This document shows, piece by piece, positions 38,050 to 46,716 of a stretch of DNA of 57,906 nucleotides; the stretch's first letter is position 1, and each line of letters starts with the position of its first letter. Position numbers and translations under genes: made by a program. The notes beneath the pieces are model-generated. The model made no database searches, had not been told where the DNA came from, and saw only the letters and a program-made list of their open reading frames with translations. Location of the stretch: IMG/VR virus record IMGVR_UViG_3300032401_000578, positions 1 to 57,906 of that record; one strand, given 5' to 3'. The DNA comes from a virus (taxonomy: Duplodnaviria; Caudoviricetes).

Positions 38050-38247
38050 ATGCGAGGCTGGATTCTGTTGGTCGTGGTGGCATCGCTGGCGTTCGCTGAC
38101 GGCGTCTGTGAGGCCCGTTCAGTGGTGCGTGAACGAACGGTCGTCCGCAGGCCGGTCGTCGCTCTGGAGCGGCCTACGGTGACGACACAGGTGATTGTGC
38201 GAGGAAGGCGAGTGACGGCCGTCCAGTACGGTCGGTTACGTGACTGA
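38050..38247 (+). CDS. Small secreted basic peptide
   Basis: GGAGG RBS; signal peptide MRGWILLVVVASLAFADGVCEA; Arg/Val-rich mature part. Confidence 0.6.
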   Translation: MRGWILLVVVASLAFADGVCEARSVVRERTVVRRPVVALERPTVTTQVIVRGRRVTAVQYGRLRD

Positions 38248-38278
38248 CGGCGGTGGCCTGAATGGACACGCCGACGCG

Positions 38279-38318
38279 GCCCCGGACGACTGACCCACAG
38301 CGTTTCGGGGCTTTTTCG
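38279..38318 (+). terminator. Probable end-of-late-operon terminator
   Basis: GCCCCGGA...TTCGGGGC followed by TTTTTCG. Confidence 0.5.
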
Positions 38319-38383
38319 TGCCCGGTGGAAGAATCTCGGGATTCTCGTGATCCGGCCTGACCGGCTGTCGTTGTGGGTTGTGG

Positions 38384-38412
38384 TTGACGAGTCGTCCGGC
38401 GTGGCGTATCGT
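38384..38412 (+). promoter_or_regulatory. Sigma70-like promoter
   Basis: TTGACG-17 nt-TATCGT. Confidence 0.6.
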
Positions 38413-38418
38413 TTGCCA

Positions 38419-38576
38419 TGTCCGTGGCAGGACACAAGACGAGGATTAACGCGGGCTTGCCCGCTTTACCAACTGAACCCGCGACTACTTCCTGCCACGG
38501 ATGTCGCGGGTTCAGTCATTTCTGGACTCCGCGTTGAGCCGTCCCGGTTCCGCAGGTTCGAGTCCTGCCCGGCTCA
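38419..38576 (+). ncRNA. Structured leader RNA: pseudoknot/kissing pair plus tRNA-like minihelix
   Basis: 38421..38432 is complementary to 38490..38501, which lies in the loop of a perfect 14-bp stem (38472..38516); T-arm GCAGG-TTCGAGT-CCTGC at 38552..38568. Confidence 0.55.
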
Positions 38577-38789
38577 TCCTGTAGGGGTGTTGCGGATTGT
38601 GCGACTCAGCGGGCAGGTTCAAAACCGCTGGCAGACAATCACGGCTCAGGTCGGGGCGTCGTGCGTCAGACTGACCGTCGGATTCAACCTTGTCGTACTC
38701 ATCAGAAGCTGGTGGGGGGTAAGGGGGGTCTGTACGGTCTTGGTCAAACATCGTCGTCAAACTGTTCGAATCACAATCGGATTGAGAAA

Positions 38790-39128
38790 ATGAACAAAAC
38801 GTGGTGTTGGACGTTCGGCAGAAATCGCGGAGTCCGGTTGGATGCGACTCCGGCCAGCTATCTGGAATGGATGGTCGCGAACTTCAGCGGGGCGGAGATC
38901 CGGGACTCGTGTCGGAGGGAGCTGACGCGGCGTGCGAAAAAAGAGATGGAAGCGGCCAAGCCGGAGCGGAAGACTCGGAGGCGGCGGCGTGACACTCTTC
39001 GGGACGATTTCCGGGCAATCGTCGGACCGGTCCCGAAGGTGTGGCAGACGGCGGAGTCGCGGGAGGGCGAGCCTTGCCCGTTCGACGTGGTGGAGTCAGG
39101 GCCGCAACTATTCGAGGGGGTGTCATGA
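38790..39128 (+). CDS. DUF3820 / exodeoxyribonuclease X C-terminal-like small domain protein
   Basis: FGRNRG..L...PASYLEW motif. Confidence 0.7.
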   Translation: MNKTWCWTFGRNRGVRLDATPASYLEWMVANFSGAEIRDSCRRELTRRAKKEMEAAKPERKTRRRRRDTLRDDFRAIVGPVPKVWQTAESREGEPCPFDVVESGPQLFEGVS

Positions 39129-39445
39129 TTACGCGGAAAGAGCGGCTGACGGTGATCGGTCACACGAGCCATAGGAACCCTGTGATGCACGCTGTGGCTA
39201 TCACGAGGACGACAGACCGGGACGGCACGCGGTACACGGAGCCGGGGTTCGTCCGGTCGCTGTGCGAGCAGGTCATGAACGTGATTCATCCGGAGCAGTC
39301 GGCGGAGGCGATGCTGGTCTTCGCTCACAGCAAGGACAGGTGTCGAAACTGCCGTCGGGCGATGGCGGCGTCAGTCCGGGCACGGAGGGAACGCGAAGCG
39401 ATTTTTGGCGATTCCGAACAATTCCAAAAAAATGCGGCGGAATAG
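39125..39445 (+). CDS. Hypothetical protein
   Basis: ATGA coupling. Confidence 0.55.
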   Translation: MITRKERLTVIGHTSHRNPVMHAVAITRTTDRDGTRYTEPGFVRSLCEQVMNVIHPEQSAEAMLVFAHSKDRCRNCRRAMAASVRARREREAIFGDSEQFQKNAAE

Positions 39446-39477
39446 TGTTGACGTTGCGGCGGTCGGTCGATTATAAA
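39409..39477 (+). promoter_or_regulatory. Repeated early promoter cassette, copy 1
   Basis: ATTCCAAAAAAA tract; TTGACG at 39448; TATAAA at 39472. Confidence 0.65.
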
Positions 39478-39540
39478 CCCGCCATGCGAACGCGACGTGC
39501 GGACGCGGGCCGAAACGGACGACGAAACGGAGCCGGAATC

Positions 39541-39873
39541 ATGACGAACGCAACGACGACGATGGACGAAATCAAGAACTCGCTGATCGAAACAATCGAC
39601 ACGCTGGAGCAGATGCAGGTGAGCTTGCGGTCAATGTTGTGCGACTGCACCTACGTCGTGCAGCTTGAGGGTGGATTCCTCCGCTACTCAAACGGGGTGG
39701 CCTCACTGGCTCGCGTCGGGATGGCGAACAGGTACACGAAGGAATCGGCGAAAGCTGTCGCGGCAACGGTCTCGAACGGCGACAACGTCCAAGGGAGGCC
39801 GGTCAAACTGGTGGACGCTGTGTCGCTGGAAAAAGTGAACGCTCGGCGAATGCTGGCCTCGCTGGACGAGTGA
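39541..39873 (+). CDS. Hypothetical protein
   Basis: Preceded by ACGGACGACGAA and GGAG. Confidence 0.65.
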   Translation: MTNATTTMDEIKNSLIETIDTLEQMQVSLRSMLCDCTYVVQLEGGFLRYSNGVASLARVGMANRYTKESAKAVAATVSNGDNVQGRPVKLVDAVSLEKVNARRMLASLDE

Positions 39874-39943
39874 ACTGGACGGACGCTGGCCGGGTCGCGA
39901 CGTGCGGCCCGGCCCTTCGGTAACAACGAACAAGGGGCGGACG

Positions 39944-40507
39944 ATGACAAACGACGAACTGATGGAAGCGGCGGCGACCGGAGATCAAGCGGCCTTCGGG
40001 ACGCTGGTGGAACGGCACGGCGGGCGGCTGGTCGGGTGGATCTCGGCCCGCGTCGGAAGCGACCCGTCGCTGGACGCTGAGGACGTGGCTCAGGAGGTGT
40101 GGCTGCGTGTGATTCGGGGGGCTGGCGGTTATCAACCGCAGGGGCAATTCGTCGCGTGGCTGTACCGAATGGCTCGAAACATCCTGATGGATTCGGCCAA
40201 GATTCGGCGGCGGTCTGCGTTGGGTCACGTCGAGGCTAACGGCGACGACTGGAGCCAGCTCGACGTGGTGGCTACCGACGACGAGGCGGTAGTGGACGTG
40301 GTGGACCGTCGGGACGTGCTGCGACAGATTGAGGGCGTTCTGGAGTACTTGGACGCGGAGCAGGTCGAGGTCTTGCGTGGAGTCGCGGAAGGGGAGTCGC
40401 TGTCGGAGATCGCGGCCCGGATGGGTGCGTTGCTGCCGACGACGAAGGGGCGGTGGCGGATCGCGAAGGAAAAGATTCGGAGGCGTCTGGTCAAGTGCGA
40501 TGCGTGA
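39944..40507 (+). CDS. ECF-type RNA polymerase sigma factor
   Basis: GDQAAFGTLVERH, DAEDVAQEVW, FVAWLYRMARN, region 4 SLSEIAARMG. Confidence 0.92.
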   Translation: MTNDELMEAAATGDQAAFGTLVERHGGRLVGWISARVGSDPSLDAEDVAQEVWLRVIRGAGGYQPQGQFVAWLYRMARNILMDSAKIRRRSALGHVEANGDDWSQLDVVATDDEAVVDVVDRRDVLRQIEGVLEYLDAEQVEVLRGVAEGESLSEIAARMGALLPTTKGRWRIAKEKIRRRLVKCDA

Positions 40508-40568
40508 CGCTGGCGGCGGTGTGATCCGGGGCGGTGTCGGTGTCGTTTGGACTGCATAAGGAGGCATT

Positions 40569-40727
40569 ATGGACAGCTTGGAGACGAGGCAGGGGCAGTC
40601 TGTTGTGACGCTGCTGCGGACGTGGTTGAGGCGGCACGGGTTGGCGTGGGTTGAGGCCCGGCTGACGGAGGCGAGGGAAAAGGAAATCGACGCTGACGAA
40701 AGGCGGATTCAAAATGGGTGCGAGTGA
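40569..40727 (+). CDS. Small hypothetical protein (52 aa, not in the ORF track)
   Basis: AAGGAGG RBS; MDSLETRQGQSVVTLLRTW... Confidence 0.6.
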   Translation: MDSLETRQGQSVVTLLRTWLRRHGLAWVEARLTEAREKEIDADERRIQNGCE

Positions 40728-41088
40728 TGCAGTTGGAGGGAAGTCGATTCCGGGTCTGGAGAATCCGGGGAAGCGGCTTGAATGGGCGTTCGACTCGCTG
40801 TGTGAGGTGGATGCTTTGCTCGGGGCGATTGTTGCGACGTGGGCGAGGTACACGGCCGCGAACATGAAGCCGGGGGCGGAACGCTGGATCTGCGACAAGA
40901 CGGAGTGGGGGCCGATCTTGCAAGCGGACATCCGGCGGGAATGGAAGGCCCGCGTCAATGCCGATGCGGGGGCGTGGGTGAACTGGCGGAAACAGAAAGA
41001 GGAATACCGGGTCGCGGTGTGCGAGTTCTTCGGGGTCAAGTACGCTTCGCGACGGTCCGAAGGGGGGCTGGATGGCTCGCAAGAATGA
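40714..41088 (+). CDS. Hypothetical protein
   Basis: Overlapping operon packing. Confidence 0.55.
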   Translation: MGASDAVGGKSIPGLENPGKRLEWAFDSLCEVDALLGAIVATWARYTAANMKPGAERWICDKTEWGPILQADIRREWKARVNADAGAWVNWRKQKEEYRVAVCEFFGVKYASRRSEGGLDGSQE

Positions 41089-41476
41089 TCGGCCGGAGAT
41101 CCGGGCGGAGTACAAGCGGGCGAACCCGGAGTGCGAGCTGTCGGGGCTGCTGTGGATGCTCGGGATCGTGCGGGAGTCGCGGACATCCGACACGCTGGAG
41201 ATTCATCACTTGGTCGGCGGGTCGGGCCGACGTGATGCTGTGGCAAATCTGGTGACGGTCAACCGGGTGGTACACAGATGGCTCGAAGCGTACGTCGCCG
41301 ACGGCCGGATTGCGTGCTTGGCGGTCAAGGCGGTCAAGGGCGAGGTGAACCCGGATGAGTTCCGGGAACTGACGGGGCAGTATTTGAGCGGGTGGCTGGC
41401 CTGTCATCCTCCGAAAGACGGACGACTGGAAGCAATTTGGAGGACGCTGTGCAAGGCGTACCCATGCGACGGATGA
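41072..41476 (+). CDS. HNH-like nuclease domain protein
   Basis: CE...LEIHHL.GG..R.D...NLVTV...VH. Confidence 0.6.
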   Translation: MARKNDRPEIRAEYKRANPECELSGLLWMLGIVRESRTSDTLEIHHLVGGSGRRDAVANLVTVNRVVHRWLEAYVADGRIACLAVKAVKGEVNPDEFRELTGQYLSGWLACHPPKDGRLEAIWRTLCKAYPCDG

Positions 41477-41543
41477 CTATTTTCGAGAATCGTAAAAATC
41501 GCGGGCGAATTGTGTTGACTTGCGGGGCCGGGTGGACGATACT
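41476..41543 (+). promoter_or_regulatory. Repeated early promoter cassette, copy 2
   Basis: ACTATT...A-tract; TTGACT(41515)-17 nt-GATACT(41538). Confidence 0.75.
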
Positions 41544-41606
41544 CCTCTTGTCGGACGCGACGTGCGAACGACTGGCCCGAACGGACGACGAACAGGAGCG
41601 ACGAAA

Positions 41607-41933
41607 ATGGCTGTCAATTACACTGTCGAGCTGGATAACAATGGCCGGGTGAAGTCGGTCGAGATCGGCGAACAGAGCGGAAACGGGATCGGCGAACTGA
41701 GTGCGTGGCGGACGGCCAGTGATGGGACGTGCTTCGTCGTGTCGCCGTCTTGCACGTGGGCGATCCGGTCGCTCGGGTGGCTAATCCGGGAGTGCGGAGA
41801 ACACGACAGCGTGGCGGACTTGGTCGAGCTGCTCGGCGAGTCGATGGAGGACGCGGCGGCAACGGCGGCGGAGACAGACGGCTTCGAGCGTGCCGCTGAG
41901 GAACGCGAAGCGATGGCGGTGATCGTGCGGTGA
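41607..41933 (+). CDS. Hypothetical protein
   Basis: ACGGACGACGAA plus AGGAG RBS. Confidence 0.7.
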   Translation: MAVNYTVELDNNGRVKSVEIGEQSGNGIGELSAWRTASDGTCFVVSPSCTWAIRSLGWLIRECGEHDSVADLVELLGESMEDAAATAAETDGFERAAEEREAMAVIVR

Positions 41934-42003
41934 GATGGCGGACGACGCCGGGCTGCAATGTGCGGCCCGGCGGTGTGGTGGATCCAACAAGGAGGGTGGG
42001 ACG

Positions 42004-42195
42004 ATGCTGGTACTTTCAAGAAACATCGAGCAGACAGTGGTGCTGACGGTCGGCGGCGAGACAATCGTGGTCAAGGTCGTGCGGGTGACGCAGGAGGGCC
42101 GAGTCAAGCTAGGATTCGAGGCTGGCCCGGCGGTGACGATCAATCGCGGGGAGATCCAAGACCGGATCGACGCGAAGGAAGGGGGTGAAGCGTGA
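42004..42195 (+). CDS. csrA: Carbon storage regulator CsrA homolog
   Basis: MLVLSR...I.V.V......VKLGFEA...V.I.R.EI; AAGGAGG RBS. Confidence 0.9.
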   Translation: MLVLSRNIEQTVVLTVGGETIVVKVVRVTQEGRVKLGFEAGPAVTINRGEIQDRIDAKEGGEA

Positions 42196-42347
42196 CAGAT
42201 TCTGCAATCGACGTCGCTCTGTTGGTAGTGCTGGTGAGTGGGTGGCTCGTAGCCGTGGTGGCGGTTGGGTGGACGCTGTGGAGCGTGGTGACGATGGGCG
42301 ACGATGACTTCGAGTCCGAAGAAACAAAAGGGGGCGGTGATGGATGA
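42192..42347 (+). CDS. Small single-TM protein (51 aa, not in the ORF track)
   Basis: GTGA coupling to csrA; VALLVVLVSGWLVAVVAVGWTLW then acidic tail. Confidence 0.55.
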   Translation: MTDSAIDVALLVVLVSGWLVAVVAVGWTLWSVVTMGDDDFESEETKGGGDG

Positions 42348-42672
42348 CTTTGATTCGGTCGAGGAAGAGGCTGTTGGGCTGGCGAACTCTTTCGGGATGA
42401 AGCTGGTGCTGAATCCAGACGGGTTCTGGCAGTTGGAACACAACGCGAAAGGGTGGCTGATAAACCTTTCACCTGCGACGTACAGACGCGGCGGGAGGAT
42501 CTGGCACGAGCCGGGGCGAATGGGGCCGAAGCTGGCTGTCCCGCGACGGTGGCTACTGGTCGAGGCGGTGATCGCTGCGGTCAACGCGGAACAGCCGGGG
42601 GCGGTGGAGCCGCTGAGCATCGAGGACGGCGGCGGAGCGATCCGGCGGCCGAATGGGAGACGCGGCGGGTGA
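42340..42672 (+). CDS. Hypothetical protein
   Basis: RBS and operon packing. Confidence 0.55.
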   Translation: MDDFDSVEEEAVGLANSFGMKLVLNPDGFWQLEHNAKGWLINLSPATYRRGGRIWHEPGRMGPKLAVPRRWLLVEAVIAAVNAEQPGAVEPLSIEDGGGAIRRPNGRRGG

Positions 42673-42773
42673 TCGTGATCCGGCGGCGGGTGGACGGCGT
42701 TATGGTGGCGGCCGGGTCGCAATGTGCGGCCCGGCGGAACGGACGGACGGACGGCGAACGAAAGGTGAATATC

Positions 42774-43721
42774 GTGGCGCATGGACTTGATATTGATGCG
42801 GCGGGACGGGGTTCGATGGTCTACGTTGGCAAAACCCCTTGGCACGGGCTTGGGACGCGGTTCGACACTCCGCCAAACTGGGAGGCTGCGTCGGAGGCGT
42901 GCGGGGCCGGATACAAGGTTTTGACGGCGGGCTGCTACACGCAGGACGGCCGGGAGCTTCCGGCGCAGTACACGTACCGGGAGGACACGCAGGACATTTT
43001 CGGCGTCGTCGGTCCGGCCTACACGGTGTTGCAGAACTCGGAGATGTTCCAGTGGTTCTCTCCGCTGATCGACTCCGGGCTGGTGGAGCTTCACACGGCC
43101 GGGGTGTTGTGGGGCGGCAAGAAGGCGTGGTGCTTGGCACGGATCGCGGGCAAGAATCTGGAGGTCCAAGACGGCGACGACGTCGAAAGGTTCGTGTTGC
43201 TGTCGAACGCTCACGATGGGAGCCGGGCGGCACGGGCGGGCTTCACTCCGATTCGGGTGGTGTGTGCGAACACGGAGGCGTTGGCCGTCAATTCAGAAGA
43301 GTCGAATCTGGTGAGGCTGCTTCACACGTCAGGGATCAAGTCGAGCCTGAACGCTTTGCGGGACGTGATGAACACGGCCAACAGCCAATTCGAGGCGACG
43401 GTGGAGCAATACCGACGGCTGGCGAAGACGCCGATCAATCGGCAGGACATCAAGGCCTACGTGCGGCAAGTCCTGAAAATCAAGCCGGACGAGAAGGTTC
43501 ACACGCGGACTGAAAACAAGATGCGGGACATCGTCGCGGCGGCGGTGGACGGCCGGGGGAATCACGGAAAGACGCTGTGGGACGCCTACAACGGGGTCAC
43601 GGAGTGGCTTTCGTACACGTCGTCCAAGACGGACGATAGAAGGGTGGACTCACTCTGGTTCGGCGAAGCGGCGACGCTGTCGAGTCGAGCCTTGGCTATC
43701 GCGGTTGAGATGGCCGGGTGA
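42774..43721 (+). CDS. DUF932-family phage/plasmid protein
   Basis: MAH...PWHGLG, Y..LQN...F, TAG.L.GG...W, LL.N.HDGS, TPIRVVCANT, TLWDAYNGVTE. Confidence 0.9.
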   Translation: MAHGLDIDAAGRGSMVYVGKTPWHGLGTRFDTPPNWEAASEACGAGYKVLTAGCYTQDGRELPAQYTYREDTQDIFGVVGPAYTVLQNSEMFQWFSPLIDSGLVELHTAGVLWGGKKAWCLARIAGKNLEVQDGDDVERFVLLSNAHDGSRAARAGFTPIRVVCANTEALAVNSEESNLVRLLHTSGIKSSLNALRDVMNTANSQFEATVEQYRRLAKTPINRQDIKAYVRQVLKIKPDEKVHTRTENKMRDIVAAAVDGRGNHGKTLWDAYNGVTEWLSYTSSKTDDRRVDSLWFGEAATLSSRALAIAVEMAG

Positions 43722-43757
43722 GTCTGGCTGACGGATCGGCGGGAGGGATCCCGACTG

Positions 43758-43787
43758 AGCCCGGCAAGGGATTGCCGGGCTTTTTCG
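43758..43787 (+). terminator. Intrinsic terminator
   Basis: AGCCCGGCAA-GGGA-TTGCCGGGCT followed by TTTT. Confidence 0.85.
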
Positions 43788-43839
43788 TTGTCGTGATCCG
43801 GGTGCGGCGGCCCGTCGTTTCGGTGGGGGAGGGCAAACT

Positions 43840-44649
43840 ATGTTGAAGCCGCACTTGTCGGTGAGTCAGTTGAACACGCTCGCGAATTGCGGGGAAGCCT
43901 ATCGGCGGTCCTATGTGGAGCGAGAGAAGATTCCGCCAAACTACGCGATGCTCCGGGGCCGTGCGGTACACGGCGGGGCGGAGCTGAACTTTGGCCAGAA
44001 GATCGGTTCGCACTGCGACCTTCCATCCGGGCAAATCGTGGACGCTTCCGTGGCGCAGCTTGAACTGGAGGCGGCGAAAGGTGTCGAGCTGGCGGCGGAG
44101 GATCGCGGCCGGTCCCGGCAGCTGGTACACGGCGAGGCGGTGGACGAGGTGGCGAAGCTGGCTCGGTTGCACGCGACGACGCAGGCCCCGGTCTATCAGC
44201 CGGTCGCGGTGGAGACGGCGATTCGGGTCGTGCTGCCGGATAAGACACACGATCTCGTGTCGGTGCTGGACATGGTGGACGATGCCGGGCGGGTCGTGGA
44301 CTTCAAAACGAAACGGAAGCCGATGACGACCGGCGAAGTCGCGGAGTCGCTCCAGTTCACGGCCTACGCTTTCGCGAGGAAAATCCAGACGGGTGAATAC
44401 CCGGTTGAGCTGGTGATGGAAAACCTGATCAACACGGGGACGACTCAGAAACGTCAACGGATCGCGACGACGCGAGGCGACGAGGACGTGGCTGTTCTGG
44501 CGGCCCGGTTCGATGCGGCCGTCCGGGCGAAGGAAGCCGGGATCTATCAACCGGCGGCGATTGGGGCATGGAATTGTTGCCAAGCCTACTGTGGATATTG
44601 GTCAACCTGTGCCTACGCGGCAGGGAAAAAGGGGGCACAAGGTGACTGA
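43840..44649 (+). CDS. PD-(D/E)XK exonuclease (RecB/Cas4-like)
   Basis: HLSVSQL...C, G.AVH, E...LD.....VVDFKT, Q...YA, C....CGY...C. Confidence 0.85.
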   Translation: MLKPHLSVSQLNTLANCGEAYRRSYVEREKIPPNYAMLRGRAVHGGAELNFGQKIGSHCDLPSGQIVDASVAQLELEAAKGVELAAEDRGRSRQLVHGEAVDEVAKLARLHATTQAPVYQPVAVETAIRVVLPDKTHDLVSVLDMVDDAGRVVDFKTKRKPMTTGEVAESLQFTAYAFARKIQTGEYPVELVMENLINTGTTQKRQRIATTRGDEDVAVLAARFDAAVRAKEAGIYQPAAIGAWNCCQAYCGYWSTCAYAAGKKGAQGD

Positions 44650-44983
44650 GACGAAAACGGAAAAGGCGGTCGATCAATCGGCGGAGGCGATCCGGGGCCG
44701 AGTGGCTTTCGCGATCCGTGACGGCGGGGACAAGGTCGCGCTGCAAATCGTCTACACGGGGGCGGACGGCGTGACGAAGCGGCGGTGCGTGTCTCCGACG
44801 GCGTCCTTCGGGTTCGGCCGTGACGAGGGCTTCAAGGCGTTGTGTCTCGGTGACGGGAAGCCGAAACGGTTCTATCTGTCCGGGGTGAGCGAGGCGGTTC
44901 AGGTGCTGGCGTCGGACATGCTGATTCCGATGCCGGTGGAGGTCGTGCGAAAGGGGGGCTTCAATGTCGCTGACGTGGGATGA
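44642..44983 (+). CDS. Stand-alone WYL-domain protein
   Basis: I.Y....G....R.VSP......ALC.....KRFYL pattern. Confidence 0.7.
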   Translation: MTETKTEKAVDQSAEAIRGRVAFAIRDGGDKVALQIVYTGADGVTKRRCVSPTASFGFGRDEGFKALCLGDGKPKRFYLSGVSEAVQVLASDMLIPMPVEVVRKGGFNVADVG

Positions 44984-45578
44984 GATTCGGGCACGGAACA
45001 CGGGGCGGCGTACAGAGGAGGACGTGGCGGCGTTGCTGTCGGACGCTTTGGGGGCTGGCCCGGACTGGATGATAGTGTACCGGGATTGGCTCGGCCGGTG
45101 GGATCTACCGCTGAACCTCGCACCGGCAAACGTGATGGCGTTCTTGCGGGATTCGATTGAGCCGACGGTCGCAGACCCGGAGGCAGCGGCGATACTGGCG
45201 ACGATGCGGCGTCTGTGCAGCGTGCGGCCTCGTTCCGGAGTCGGGCTGACGGCGGTGGAGTCGCTCGGAGAAATCCGGCAGACGATTCGGGAGTACGGGC
45301 TGCGTCGTGCGGACGAGATGCGGCACAAGCCGGGGGGCGAGGTGACGCGGACGATTGAGACGGCGGCGGACATGGTGGAGCGGCTGTGCAGTATCGTCGC
45401 GAAGATGGCGGCGGCGATACCCGGCGCAGAGTGTGACTGTTTCTGTGGCCGCTGCCGGAAATCGCGATCCGCTACGCCGGTCGCGTCGTTTCGTCACAGA
45501 TACCGTGTGACTCCGGTGCTGTTGGAGCTGCTGGACGACTTCGTCAATTCATTGGGCGTGGAAACAAGAGGGGGCTGA
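44964..45578 (+). CDS. Hypothetical protein
   Basis: Operon packing; CDCFCGRC. Confidence 0.55.
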   Translation: MSLTWDEIRARNTGRRTEEDVAALLSDALGAGPDWMIVYRDWLGRWDLPLNLAPANVMAFLRDSIEPTVADPEAAAILATMRRLCSVRPRSGVGLTAVESLGEIRQTIREYGLRRADEMRHKPGGEVTRTIETAADMVERLCSIVAKMAAAIPGAECDCFCGRCRKSRSATPVASFRHRYRVTPVLLELLDDFVNSLGVETRGG

Positions 45579-45579
45579 C

Positions 45580-46716
45580 ATGAGCGGGAATGAGGTCGCG
45601 AAAGTGGAGAAGGCGGGGTTCACGGTGAACTACGTGCCGTTCGGGGAGCGTGAGGCGATTACGCTGACAATCGACCGGGTCCGGCAGTTCCTTTGCACGC
45701 CGACGAGGAGCGGGCAGTTGCCATCAGACGCCGACGTGGTGCGGTACTGCATGCTCTGCAAGGCCCAAGGACTGAACCCGTGGGTGAACGACGCATACTG
45801 CGTCGGCTACGACACGCAGGACGGGGCGAAGTTCAATCTGATCACGTCACACCAAGCGTTCCTGAAACGGGCGGAGGCGTCTCCGCAGTACGACGGGATG
45901 CGGTCTGGCGTGGTCGTGCAGGTCGGTGACGGCGAGCCGATCAAGCGGGAGGGGGATCTTGTCTACAAGGGCGAGATCCTGATCGGTGGCTGGGCGGAGG
46001 TCTTTCGCAAAGATCGACTGGTCCCGTCGTCGGATGCGTTGTCGCTGGCGGTGTTCTCAACCGGGCGGAGTCGCTGGAAGGACGACCCGGCCGGGCAAAT
46101 CTGCAAATGTGCGGAGGCGTCGGCGGTACGCAAAGCGTACCCGTCGTGCCTGTCCGGGCTGCGGTGTCGCGAGGAAATGGACGCGGTACACGAGGCCACA
46201 GTCGCGGCCAAGCGGGCAACCGTGGTCGCGGAGTCCGGGTTCGGGGCCGGGGCGTCAGTGGTCGAGGTTGAGCGGCCGGGGTCGCTGCCGGATCGGAGGT
46301 CGTGTCTGCCGACACACCTGCGACAAGACTCCAGTGATACCCGGCCGCTCGCGGACTATCTCGTGGCGAAGATTGCGACCGGGACGGCGACGGACCGGGT
46401 GGCTATTGCGGAGGCTTTGCCCGGTCTTGGGATCGGAGCGGACGGGATGATGGCCGTGATCGCGTCGCTATCTGGTCGGGACGCGGACATCCCGGAGCGT
46501 GAGGAGGAGCGGGCGGAGCCGGTCCCGACTGAACCGGTCCGTCCGGAGGCGGTGCGGCAAGTGCTAGATGCGATCCGGAGAGCGAGGTCAGTAATGTCGC
46601 TGGAGCTGGTAATGACTCGGTGGGACGTCAACGGTGCAGCGGAGTTCGAGGACTTTGCGGAGATCATTGAAGCGGCGGTTCTGGCGAGGACTGCACGCTT
46701 GAACGGGGGTGAGTGA
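45580..46716 (+). CDS. bet: Single-strand annealing recombinase (Bet/RecT family)
   Basis: CKAQGLNPW...Y, GGWAEV.RKD, W...P...I.KCAE..A.RKAYP. Confidence 0.88.
   Translation: MSGNEVAKVEKAGFTVNYVPFGEREAITLTIDRVRQFLCTPTRSGQLPSDADVVRYCMLCKAQGLNPWVNDAYCVGYDTQDGAKFNLITSHQAFLKRAEASPQYDGMRSGVVVQVGDGEPIKREGDLVYKGEILIGGWAEVFRKDRLVPSSDALSLAVFSTGRSRWKDDPAGQICKCAEASAVRKAYPSCLSGLRCREEMDAVHEATVAAKRATVVAESGFGAGASVVEVERPGSLPDRRSCLPTHLRQDSSDTRPLADYLVAKIATGTATDRVAIAEALPGLGIGADGMMAVIASLSGRDADIPEREEERAEPVPTEPVRPEAVRQVLDAIRRARSVMSLELVMTRWDVNGAAEFEDFAEIIEAAVLARTARLNGGE

Noticed and set aside
38500-38580. Complete tRNA gene
   Set aside because: Only acceptor and T arms are present; no D or anticodon arm could be folded. 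Reported as a minihelix instead.
38347-38793. 148-aa + strand ORF across the structured region
   Set aside because: No RBS or protein-like features, and it overlaps a promoter and strong RNA structures; more likely non-coding.
41781-43214. 477-aa minus-strand ORF
   Set aside because: Overlaps csrA and the DUF932 gene on the + strand and has no recognisable domain.
43840-44649. CRISPR-associated Cas4
   Set aside because: No cas1/cas2 or array; its position near bet fits a phage recombination exonuclease.
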